DNA from: Schizochytrium sp. TIO01
Lineage: Eukaryota; Protista; Bigyra: Labyrinthulomycetes
DNA: 64,000 bases
NCBI GenBank assembly: GCA_004764695.1
Contig: SMSO01000032.1
Location: 2,170,001-2,234,000, forward strand
Direction of reading: 5' to 3'
Shown: piece by piece, positions 10,801-21,424 of the stretch
How positions within the stretch are numbered: position 1 is the stretch's first letter
How the letters are laid out: every line of letters starts with the position of its first letter
Program-made: the position numbers and the translations under genes
The notes under the pieces: generated by a model
Told to the model about the DNA's origin: nothing
Seen by the model: the letters and a program-made list of their open reading frames with translations, nothing else
Database searches by the model: none

Positions 10801-13522
10801 TGTATCTGATACAACGGTTTACGTAGGGTCAACCTTCAAATCCAGGTGGGAAGTTAACAGAAACAGTCAATATCGAATACGAAGACCTTGCAAACTTTGT
10901 TCGAACCATTTCTTTTTCACTGCAGCATCCAGTGTTCTGGCCCTCCGCTGACCTCGAGAGTCTACCATCTGTTGAACTTCGTTTTCTCGTCGTAGGGGTT
11001 TATACTCTCAGCGATACAACGAGTATAAACTTTGCAAGTGCGGTTCCTCTGTATTATCTTTATTCGCCACCTCAGCTTCGAGCTGGAAATGGAGATATTG
11101 CTTCCCAGGCATCCGCAACCTTTACTCGACCATTCTCTGTGGAATCACGGCTATTTCATGAAAGCGTCGACAGTGTCGAAGTCTCATCAACGACCGCTTT
11201 GGGGGTGAGTGGTAGTGGAAACAGTTGGTCTGCATCTTTAGATACTAGCTCCAGTCAGAGTAGTATCTCTGCAAACACAACTAATCGTGAGGACTATGTT
11301 GTTACGACAACCACAACTTATACATTCTCTCAAACAACCGCTGGAGAAGATCTTGTCATATATATGGGATGGACAGCAAATTTATCTCGCACGAAAACTT
11401 TGACCTACCATAGCTCCAGTTGTCGAATCAGTGCCACTCCGAATATAGGTTGGCAAAGCAAGACTTCGTCGCTTATTGTATCCACACGTGCGGAGTGTGA
11501 GGCTTCATATCAAACAGTTAAGGATACAATCGCGCTATACGAGAATAGTAAGGACATGCAAAGCTTAGTTACTGATGCAAAGGAGCAGCGAAATAAGTGG
11601 CTTGACCTGTTTCTTCACTGGGACACCGATCGTTTAACTGCTCAAAACTACCCTGTCGATCTCACTGCAAGTATCCAGGGCGGTGCTGCGACTGTAGACA
11701 AGTCTCATTCAAATAGATTGACGCTAAGGGGTGCTATTGGGGAGTTTACATTCCAGAAAACTGCCATCAACACGACCATGAGGTTGACAGACTATCTCGC
11801 TTTGTCAACATCGGATGCTGTTTCAGACTCTACTTCAGCCGAACTAAGCTTGTTTTTGATCTCCATGAGTAGAGAAACGTCTGAGACATATACTCAAACA
11901 TTTACCCTGGACGAAACTACGTATGAGACGTCGGGTTATGAAAATACTATCACTACGACGTTGGTGTCCTCCGAAGGGACTTTTCTCACGATGGAGGTCT
12001 ATGAGTCGCCATTTTGTGGCTCGTTTGTTTACAAAGTAATTGATGGGAAACCTATTGCCCGCATGTGCCTGGAACAAGCCTTCTAGGAGCTTTTTCACTA
12101 CTTGTGGATGAAAGCAATACCGTACCAGATATCTTGAATTCTGATAAAGGATCAATCTCGTTCTACATTGATCTTTCACGATCAGTACTGCCATCGAGTG
12201 TGGATGGTCTAAATCTCATCATTTCGATGGATGCTCATAGTACAACAGGTTATATATCATATACCATTGGTAAAGATAACGTCAATCAAGGTTTTGCCAT
12301 TAAAATCTCTTCTGACGAAATTAACCAGAGTTTGAGCAATAGGCATTTGGTTGTAATTAATTATGAACGAACCAGCGCTTCGTTGATGTCAACTGTAGCA
12401 ACTGTGACTGTCAGCTCTGAATGTGACAGTAGTATCTCGGATTCCGTTTCATTCTCGCTCAATTGGGAAAGTTCGTGTAGAAAGCCCATGTGGGGCGGGG
12501 CTCTTTCTGCAGCTGGCGCAACGTGGGAGATCACGGCAATCATTCCCAACATTACAGTTGAATATACCGCCTCTTCAACGTCCTCGAACGAAGTTTCACT
12601 TTGGGCTGCACATTATAACGCGGGGTCTGGTTTACCAACTGAGGAAGAGTATTTTAAGGTCGCAGATTTCGAAAATACAGAAATTAACTTTATCCCTGCC
12701 TTGAGTGCATTCAATGCTGAAGGACAATATGTCCTGGAACTTCGAACTGGTTGTGGCGCGCGATCAGACCCAAGGTTGGGCGTCTATGATAACAAAGCAC
12801 CGCGTCTTGTGGGTTGGGCCCCAAGGTCTAATGTAATCAAACCCATGGCAAGTCAGTCTGTTGCAACATTTCGATTTCATGAACCCTTCAACTGTAGCTT
12901 CTCCGGCCTAGAAGTTACTGTGAAGCGCTTCCGAGATGAAGCAATCGCTCCAACAAATTTCACTTGTAGTTCTTCACTCCACGATTTAGAACTAATCATT
13001 CACCTTAATTCCTCGTCCGCGGTTGATGCCTGGAGTGGCGAGACAGCAAGTGTCACAATGTCTGGTGTTCGAGACCTCTTTGACAATGAGCTAGAAAGCT
13101 TTGACATCTTGATATCTTTGCCTGACCTACCATTGCGTACATCAGAGTCGGATGCTACTCTCCCTTCGTGGACAATTGCAACTCCTAACGAGATATCCCA
13201 GTACGTATCCAATGTGCGGGCGTCAATATTACCAGCGAATAAAATTCTTTCTTCGCCAACCATGGGTTCGAAACCCGATTCTTCTAAACGTGTTGCTATA
13301 ATTGCTTCTGTAGTAACTGTGTTTGTCACTCTCGTGTTGGGTGCGATTGCATTCGTGCTTTATAAGAAGCGCCGATTGCGAACTACGAGCGATTTCCATC
13401 CCCAGGCTCGTAAAGAGTCCCTTGCAGTGTCTCCAGTGGATGGGCGGAAACACGTAGATAGCCTGAATCCTTCTTTTAGCAGCCCCTCCGATGACATCGA
13501 AGGTAATGCGTCTAAATTCTGA
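7850..13522 (+). CDS. Large (~1,890 aa) type-I membrane protein with signal peptide, PAN/apple domains, Cys-rich repeat and long beta-rich ectodomain; four apparent frameshifts
   Basis: Five consecutive + strand ORFs join into one protein if frameshifts are assumed near 8757, 10330, 10828 and 12050. It has a signal peptide (MYIIYVWILAVLALINFTSA), a PAN pattern (ECRRSCQQHS/CYVWKFDSLSRSCYG), CPTCLEGYY...CIPCPQGYTC, and a single TM helix (VAIIASVVTVFVTLVLGAIAFVLY) followed by KKRR. Confidence 0.75.
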
Positions 13523-14147
13523 TTGATTTGAATGGTCCTAAAATCTAGATGCTTCCGGTTTTGTTAGCGCAAATTATGATAAATTGAAAATTTTCGTGCT
13601 AGAATGGATTAACACTACAAAAGTTACTACGAATGAAGTTAAAGCAAAGTCTTGTGTACTGTCCCTTCTGTTTTCATTCAAACCTTGCATCCAATCACAA
13701 GATTCTGTTGAATAATTGCAAAAGTTCTTCGTGTAAAAAAACTTGAGTTTCTAGTATCCAATAATATTAAAATGCTTAAGTTGTACGATGTTTTAACCAG
13801 AAACACGCGTTAATCTGAACTTTTACCCAAGTGAAGTCTAAGATCAATAACTCCCGAGCCTCTAACTAGAAAGATTAGAATATATACATAGGCCTATGTA
13901 TCAATGAGAGATTGTTTCGGCTTGCCTTATTATGTGAAAGAACATTTACTAGCTAGGTTTTTCTACTAGTATTTTGTTCACTGCTTTTCCTAGATCGTTC
14001 CAGGAACGTGCTGCGCATAATCGATAATTTAACCCACTGACTTATCCAATAGCTCTCTTTCATTCACAAAGGCAAAGAACCCAAACACTTAATACCCTCG
14101 TCTCTAGATATAAATATCCCCAAACTAAACTAGCTGTCTACGTACTC

Positions 14148-15311
14148 ATGGGTGGGGATCGTTTTCCAAATACTCAGCGTCTTGGCCGAGATGATTTAAA
14201 GGTAACGTACAAGATTATTCGCAGTGCTGTGTTAGCCCATGAGGATCTCAGAGACTGCGTAAAATGTACTATGCCTCCAGAGCTTTCCGATAAAGAAAGC
14301 TTTGGCGATCTTGATGTCACTATTGCAGTAGCAAAATCTAAAACGAAAAAAGAGACATGCCAGGTGCATCAGCTAATTGTCAATGCTGTTACTGAAGCCA
14401 CTGCAACGACTGCACTGGAAGGCACCGTTTCATCAACTGTAAGCTTGTTGACGAGCAAAAACTTTCAAATTGATCTGGACTTTGTTCCAGAAGAGTATTA
14501 TGATTTTGCAGTTGCTATGCATGCGCACGGTGACTTTGCTTGGCTTCTCGGCCGCACTCTTCGGCCTCATGGTCTGAAATTAACAAACCATGGTCTCTAT
14601 GTACGTAAAAACGTTGTCCTCAAACCCAAGGCAGAAAAAGAGTCCACAAAACTTTGTGAAGATTTTTGCCTTACAAGCTGCCCTAAGAAGTTAGCTGCGT
14701 TTTTGCAAATCCCAAAAGACTTTTTTGATGGAGTTACAGTTAAACGTTCGTTAGAAGTCTTTCGTGCTATTGCTCAATCTCGCTTCTTTTCTGCGTCTGG
14801 CAGCCTAAAATCATATCACAAGGTTCTACTTGGTGAGAGAAACCATGAAGAGAATCGGAGGCTAATGAAGAGACCTATGTATTCAAAGTTCCACGAGTGG
14901 CTTTTAGAAACCTCTAGATACGAAGAAGCGCATATGGAGAGGCCAGATTTCATCTCCCAGGATTCAATTAATAGCTTGGGTAGTCTCGATATTGATTCAG
15001 TTGTGCAATATTTTGGCCGCGAAGAGGCCTGGGACGAAGCATATTCGGCGGCACAGCAGATTACTCAAGACCAAGAAACTCGCCTTTCCTGCAAGCATCT
15101 AATTAACGGAGAAACTGTGTTATTAAGAAATCCAAATCTCTCAGGTCCTATGGTTGGAGCTGTCCTTCGTGAGATGTTTAAAAAATATGGAGGAGACAGT
15201 TGGTCACAATATCGTGTATGGTTGTGTGCACAAAGCGAAGAGAGTCTTCAAAGTGCAATCCAGACAGAAGCTCGCAAGTTAAATGCTCTCAGCGAGAACA
15301 CAAGTAAATAG
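14148..15311 (+). CDS. Putative nucleotidyltransferase (Pol beta/PolX superfamily fold), uncharacterised phage/giant-virus/fungal-type family
   Basis: Intact 387-aa ORF with an MGG start, KESFGDLDV (G-D-x-D metal-binding motif), FQIDL (third Asp), HGDFAWLLGR..RPHGLKLTNHGLY (resembling the PolX 'G..L..HGL' thumb), RPMYSKFHEWL and INGETV...LSGPMVG. Confidence 0.7.
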   Translation: MGGDRFPNTQRLGRDDLKVTYKIIRSAVLAHEDLRDCVKCTMPPELSDKESFGDLDVTIAVAKSKTKKETCQVHQLIVNAVTEATATTALEGTVSSTVSLLTSKNFQIDLDFVPEEYYDFAVAMHAHGDFAWLLGRTLRPHGLKLTNHGLYVRKNVVLKPKAEKESTKLCEDFCLTSCPKKLAAFLQIPKDFFDGVTVKRSLEVFRAIAQSRFFSASGSLKSYHKVLLGERNHEENRRLMKRPMYSKFHEWLLETSRYEEAHMERPDFISQDSINSLGSLDIDSVVQYFGREEAWDEAYSAAQQITQDQETRLSCKHLINGETVLLRNPNLSGPMVGAVLREMFKKYGGDSWSQYRVWLCAQSEESLQSAIQTEARKLNALSENTSK

Positions 15312-15640
15312 AGTACTTGAGTAACCAGTGTTATCTTGTCAAATAAACATTGCCCAGTTCAAAGAGACTCATAAACATAACTTACTATTTTTAAATATCA
15401 AGACATGTTTATTAATCGCCATGTGAAAATATGAAATTATATGAACAAAGATATTGCGGGTGTAGAAGAGAAGCGAATACGATTTATGTAAATAGCCCAA
15501 GAAATTTGGGGTTGGGGGCGGGGGCGTTAAGCACATGAGGAGTATCATCAAAGTTGGAAGGAAAGTAAATAACAAAACAGAGAACATTTCCCCATCTTGG
15601 TTCCGCATGTAATCACAAAAGAGAGTCAAAGAGTCAAGGA

Positions 15641-16453
15641 TCAAATGTTCTTAAATCTGCATTTGAACGTGAAGGAAACTGGTACACTAACTGATTCGCC
15701 ATCAAGGCTCTGGACACCAACTCCAATTTTGCATCCCATCCAAAGAAAATGCATCTCACGCCGCTTGATTTGTCTTCCATTCAAGTAAATGCCGTTTAAA
15801 TTTGGTTTGTCTTCTGTCTCATTAGTTTTCTTTGCCGACCTTGAAGAAACATCTGTGATAGCAAACCAGTTATTGTACCTAAAAATTTGAAACTCAACTT
15901 GTGCTAAACTGTCAAGTTCACTGAGGTCGATGTCACATTTATCACTAGCACCAGCCGTTAAGAGGGCTGAACTTCGAGGGATGTGCCAGGACTTTCCTTC
16001 ACATGGCCCTTTTCTCCCCACAAGAATAGCATCACAAATAACTCTATCAGAAACAAATGTAACTAAAGACTTTCCCAAGCGGACAGAACATGTAAGTCCT
16101 AGCGGCTGCTCTACGTTATGCGCAAGGGGAATAGTCTCGTGCGTTGAACTATATAGAGAACCTGTGGAAGAGCCTTTATCAGATATACTCCACTGATTTG
16201 TCTCCTTATTAAATTTAAGAATGGCGTGTCTACTACTCACAGTGCGATTCGAAAGAACAATAGAGTTTTCGTGATGCCGTCCGATAGAGAGCTCTGTTTT
16301 ATTCGTTGGCAGACGCTGTGCTGCCCACTCCAAATCTTCAGAATAAATACGCCAATGCTTTGTTGCTGCCAGGCAAGTTTTGTTATCTTCTTCACTCAAC
16401 GAACCATGGTATTGTTCAGGATTCTTAACCACGGTGGATACTCCGCCACCCAT
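15641..16453 (-). CDS. Tandem FHA-domain protein with N-myristoylation signal
   Basis: FHA1 reads IGRHHENSIVLSNRTVSSRHA...ISDKGSSTG. A second degenerate FHA reads GASDKCDIDL...ITDV...NGIYLNG. The N-terminus MGGGVS fits M-G-x-x-x-S. Confidence 0.85.
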   Translation of the reverse strand: MGGGVSTVVKNPEQYHGSLSEEDNKTCLAATKHWRIYSEDLEWAAQRLPTNKTELSIGRHHENSIVLSNRTVSSRHAILKFNKETNQWSISDKGSSTGSLYSSTHETIPLAHNVEQPLGLTCSVRLGKSLVTFVSDRVICDAILVGRKGPCEGKSWHIPRSSALLTAGASDKCDIDLSELDSLAQVEFQIFRYNNWFAITDVSSRSAKKTNETEDKPNLNGIYLNGRQIKRREMHFLWMGCKIGVGVQSLDGESVSVPVSFTFKCRFKNI

Positions 16454-18723
16454 GGCCCCTTCCAGCTTTTAGCAGAGCCTTCCTTTATGAAACAGAAGGC
16501 CGTCGTGACAGTACCTGATATAGTTTACTTCGAAGGAGCAATATCTTTTTGTTTTTGCTAACGTGATGAGCTCCTTTTCAACACAAAAGCAGATTTATGT
16601 AATCGACTTGCTGAATAGGATGCCGTGTTCGAGGAGAAAGTCAAAGTATGCCGTGGTCAACTAACCTGGATCTGAGAGTATAGCTTATGTTTCCTAACTT
16701 TACACTGCAAAGCTTATTGAGCAAGGGACTTAGTGACCAACGACGCGGAGCAAGCTTTAGGGTAGCGCTTAAGACCTCTTCTTCCTGCGATGACCACGTG
16801 CTCCGAGCAATGTAGTTTTGCTTGTGTAAGGCAACCCTTTATTCCCTGATTATGTTAGATGAGATGAATATAGCAATTATCCAGCGTGTGTGCTGAATGT
16901 TTGAAGTCCATTAATTGTGATAAGACACACCGGATTTGCTGGCAAAGCGGCTTCGTTGTTTAGTACCTTCTGACGTAGACTGACGCAGTGTCGCCTTGTT
17001 AAGATGAATCGACCAACCTGAACCGAGATTGCAAGTTGGTAGATTAACCTTGTTCTACAAAGGACTAATGAATATTACGCTTGTCCGGCAAATCGCCCAA
17101 CTATGTAGGATGAGGTTAGAAAAACTTCCGGATGAGCAAAATAGGATATACTCTCTCGGTCTATTGTCCTGGCGGCGGTCCAAGTGTGCACATGTGCTCA
17201 CAGTAAAGAACCCTTTTCCTATCCTGTCTCACCTAGTTCCTATTGCAACGGTACTATAAGTACAGAAACCAAACTTTTCCCAACACTGACACAATCTACA
17301 AAAGTTAGCTTTACCTACATGAATTTGTGGCGAAATAACGCATGGAACTTGCTTTCAGCACAACTTGTATCCAAGGTTTAGCTGTGGCCATGCTATCTTT
17401 TTAGTGACCAAATGCTGGCCTTCTCTCACTTCGCTCTGGAGTATACTGGAGCGTACTGGAGCATATCATATGAGTTTGCTCCAGCCACTGTTGTCCAGTT
17501 CTGCGTTAATCATATCGTTCCTTCTTTATTAAAGAATTAGAATTTTGTTTTATAATTCTTGCAAGTTACTTCAAGCTACCTGCCCTTAGTACCAGTTTTT
17601 TTTTTTGCTTTCTTAAAAATTGTTTTAGTGTTTCTTTTGCCAGCACCAGGAAGACAAATAATAATAGATAATTGCATCTTGCTATAGCGTAATGCAGTTT
17701 GCCTAAATTACGGGCTGCCTAGCCTCAGGCCAGATACATACGTTTTAATAAGATCTCCCATCAAACTTCGCAGGCACTGAGTGGCATTCTTCACTTTCTA
17801 GCTTGATTGAATAATCTACAGAACTTTGAGTCTTTATTTGTCTTTATTTATTTTTATTTTTTTAATTGTATTTTTTAAATGACGATTAACTCGGCTATTA
17901 ATTTCCCAAGGGGTTACGCAGGTTTAGTTTTGGCACTTCAAAGCCTGGCGAATAAGCGCAGAAGCATAAATTTTACTTTTGTTTTGTACAACCCACTACG
18001 ATAGTCGTTTCCAAGGTGTTTCTCTGAGCTTTGGGTATGGTAAACACAAGATGCAACAGCATATTAAATAGCACTGCACGCCCCTCATCTTCCCCAACGA
18101 AGCATCAATCAAGAGTCAAAACTAGGAAGTTTACGGCAAGTTTTGGAAGATTTTGACAAAGTTAAGCATGTATAGCCTTGAAGGGAGACCGTTATGATAA
18201 ATTAATAATTATATAAATATTGTAACTATTTGTCTCACCCGGACTTACTAGCTTGCTATTTGTGGCGTGCGCAACATAACCATACAAAATTTGAAGTACT
18301 TTGATTCGGCACATGCCTAGCGCTTCTTCTAAGTGGCCCAACCTCGACAAAGTACAACTGCGAAATTCCGCCGAAAGCATGGTGAGAGTATTGCGAATGT
18401 ACCAGACGCTCTAGCTTGACAGAAAATCAGAGGGTGTTTGCTTTGTTTATTTTAACGGCTCTCAGGAATTCATGTGAATACAACGTTCCAATAAAAGATG
18501 ATTTGTGCAAATACACCCGGGGACCCCTTTTGAGAACCTCATTGCGCGAGATCCTGTAGCGGCAACACCTCTGGGGTTTCCGAGCACCGCGGTGAAGTCT
18601 TGAAGGAAAGATACATGTACCGCTGTTGTTGCCTAAGCGAGCAGGAAGTAATCGCGTGCGTTTTGCTTGCTTTTTGACAAAAACTTGATTACGTTTCCGG
18701 GGAGCCAAAGACCATAAAAAATC

Positions 18724-21424
18724 ATGATTGGCATTAAGGATCTAGCTCAATTAAATATTGCAAGACGCCGCAAACGCCCTGCACCACCACCAACACGACC
18801 AGTGCTGACTCCTGGGCTTCCGCGTGAGAATTTCGAACCCCTATACACTGCTGCATCTAGCCAGAATGAAGTATCATCACAGTCAAGGTATGTCCCTGGC
18901 ACCCTAATCAAGGTGCCGACATCGTTGATGCAGAATGCCAAGGCTTCCGGTACCACAGATTTAAATAAACTGAAGCCCCCGCCCTCATTTCCTCCTCCTC
19001 CACGCAAGCCTGCGACAGCCTCAGATTTGCCTCCAGCAAAAGTAAGAAACTACCACCAGCAGAGCATGGCTGCATTGGCAGCACCAAACGGGCCGTCAAG
19101 TAGCCCTTCTTCACTTGAAACTGTGAGTGATCCTCATACACTATCCTCAGGACTAGCACAACGCCCTCCATTACATGAAAAACATCCGCGGGTTGCCAGC
19201 CCGAACGTAGCGAAAGATAGAGAGGCGGGATCTTTCATAGGCAAGGCAGCCCCACCCGGTTATTGGAAACCACCTCCGCCAAGTGCTTCAGTCCCCGAGC
19301 ATACGCGATCAATGAATCGTGAAGGTGCACGAGGTATTCTGACTCCTCTGAGCGTTATGCAGATGAGCTCGAGACACCCTACGCAAGATGGAGAAATTGG
19401 TGTTTCTGAAACCGAGTCAAATACCAGAAATGAAATTAGCAGCACAGTATCGATGCCATTGCCAAAGCAACAAAACAGCGTATTAGATTGTGAGCCTGTC
19501 AAACTTCGTGACCAACCAAATAGGACTTTAGAAACTCAAGAAGAAATTCCTCAATTGAATCAAGCTGGAGTTGAACACACTGGAGCTGATTCGTCAGTAT
19601 CAATCCATAGTTTAGATATAGCTCAACAAAATAAATCTTCTTCTAAAATCTTGGGAAGGGAGAGCTACAACCTCGAAGAGAAGAAAGCGTTACAAACTCC
19701 CTCAGAACAAAATCACATTATCAGCGAGAGCAAATCGCACATAACAGCAGACGCGCTCATGACCCAAGGCGATGATATTGAAACAGACACACCAGCAGCA
19801 TCTCGTTTTGTTCGCAAGGCACGTCCAAAGCTGACCCTGGATGAATTTGAGACAGACGCCGAGGGATATGATGGCGAACAAGGCTACCAAGCTCCATCAT
19901 TAGAGTTTTCGTTAAACATTAGTGAAACGGAGGAAAGAAGAGCCAGTTTAGATAGCAACGTAGGGAAAAAGGGAACGCGAAAAGGTCCATCAGCACTGTT
20001 AAGTCTCGAAATCGAAAGCGATACTGAAAATGATCAAGAATTAGGGCATGGGGGTTATGATTATTACGATCGGATGCTCACACGGAATGATGCAGAGTCT
20101 ACTGCTGGAAAAATTACAATAGGTGGTCTAGAAGTATGCGAATCTGGAATCCGCAGTGACTCAGTCTCAGAAGCATCTGTCAAGCATGAGCTGGTGATGA
20201 TGACAGCCTTAGGTCAAGGTGCTGGAGGTATTGTCTATAAGGCAATCCATATACCAACTCTTCGGTTAGTTGCTGTCAAAACAATCCCGGTTTATGACCC
20301 CTTAAAGCGATCTCAGATGCTAAAGGAAATAAAAGCGCTATACGAGAATATGGCTCCAATCAGTGGATATAAAAGGCAGGATGAGTCTTTCGAAACTCCG
20401 GTTAAAAGGTCCCATTTCTCATGCACCATGTCCTTTTATTGTAACTTTCCACGATGCGTTTATGAATCCCGAAATGGCAAACGTATCAATGGTGGTCGAG
20501 TATATGGATGGCGGCAGCTTGCAGGATATTATTGATGCTGGAGGATGCGACAACGAAGGTGTATTGTCTCAAATTGCATATCGTATCCTTCGGGGCTTGC
20601 AATTTATTCACGATCGTCATCAAATCCATCGCGACATCAAACCATCGAACCTATTAATTAATCATCGCGGTGAGGTTAAAATTTCGGACTTTGGTATCGT
20701 GCGTGAGCTCGAATCAACACAAGCTATGGCTTCAACTTTTGTTGGTACCATGACGTACATGAGCCCAGAGCGTATCAGCGGGTTGTCTTATGGTGCAAAT
20801 TCTGATATTTGGTCCTTTGGTCTTAGCTTGCTCTCGGTTGCTTTAGGAAAGTATCCGCTTGTGACAGCAGGTGGGTATTGGGCGTTATTATCTTCACTCA
20901 ATGAGGGCCCTGTTCCTCGCCTTCCTGACGACCGATTTAGTCCAATTATTATCGATTTTATTGATCAGTGCTTGACAAGAGATCCTGCACTACGTCCATC
21001 TTGTGAGCAGTTAATGCAGCATCCTTTTGTTACGCAGTCTCAAGCCTTCATTGACATACAAATGGCGAATGGCGAGGATGTGCCACCGACTGATTCGGAG
21101 AGTAATTTATCGGAGCTCGACGAGCTCGTGCAGGCCTTGGTGCAGGAGGTTGCAGCGGCAGTTCGTACCTCAGAGGAAGAGACGAAGACCGGTAGTGACT
21201 TTACTTCTGCGGGTTCCCCTCGTGCCAAATCAACTTCGCACACCTCCTCCCAATCGGTACAGACTTCGCCTTTGCCGCCTGACCCATCAGCCTTTGCGGC
21301 TCTGCCTGACGCTGCAAGTGTACCAGGTTTCGCTGAGCACCATTTGCGCAATGTCTCCCGGCAGCTCGGTGTTTCCTTCTCGATTGTGGAGTCTAAGTTT
21401 CGATGTGCAGATCTGTTATCTTGA
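18724..21424 (+). CDS. MAP kinase kinase (STE7/MKK family) with long Pro-rich N-terminus; one frameshift near 20365-20420
   Basis: ORF 18724 carries LGQGAGGIVYKA, VAVK and the alphaC Glu. ORF 20363 continues with CPFIVTFHDAF, VEYMDGGSL, HRDIKPSNLL, DFG and STQAMASTFVGTMTYMSPER (S/T-x5-S/T activation loop as in plant-type MKKs). Confidence 0.9.
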
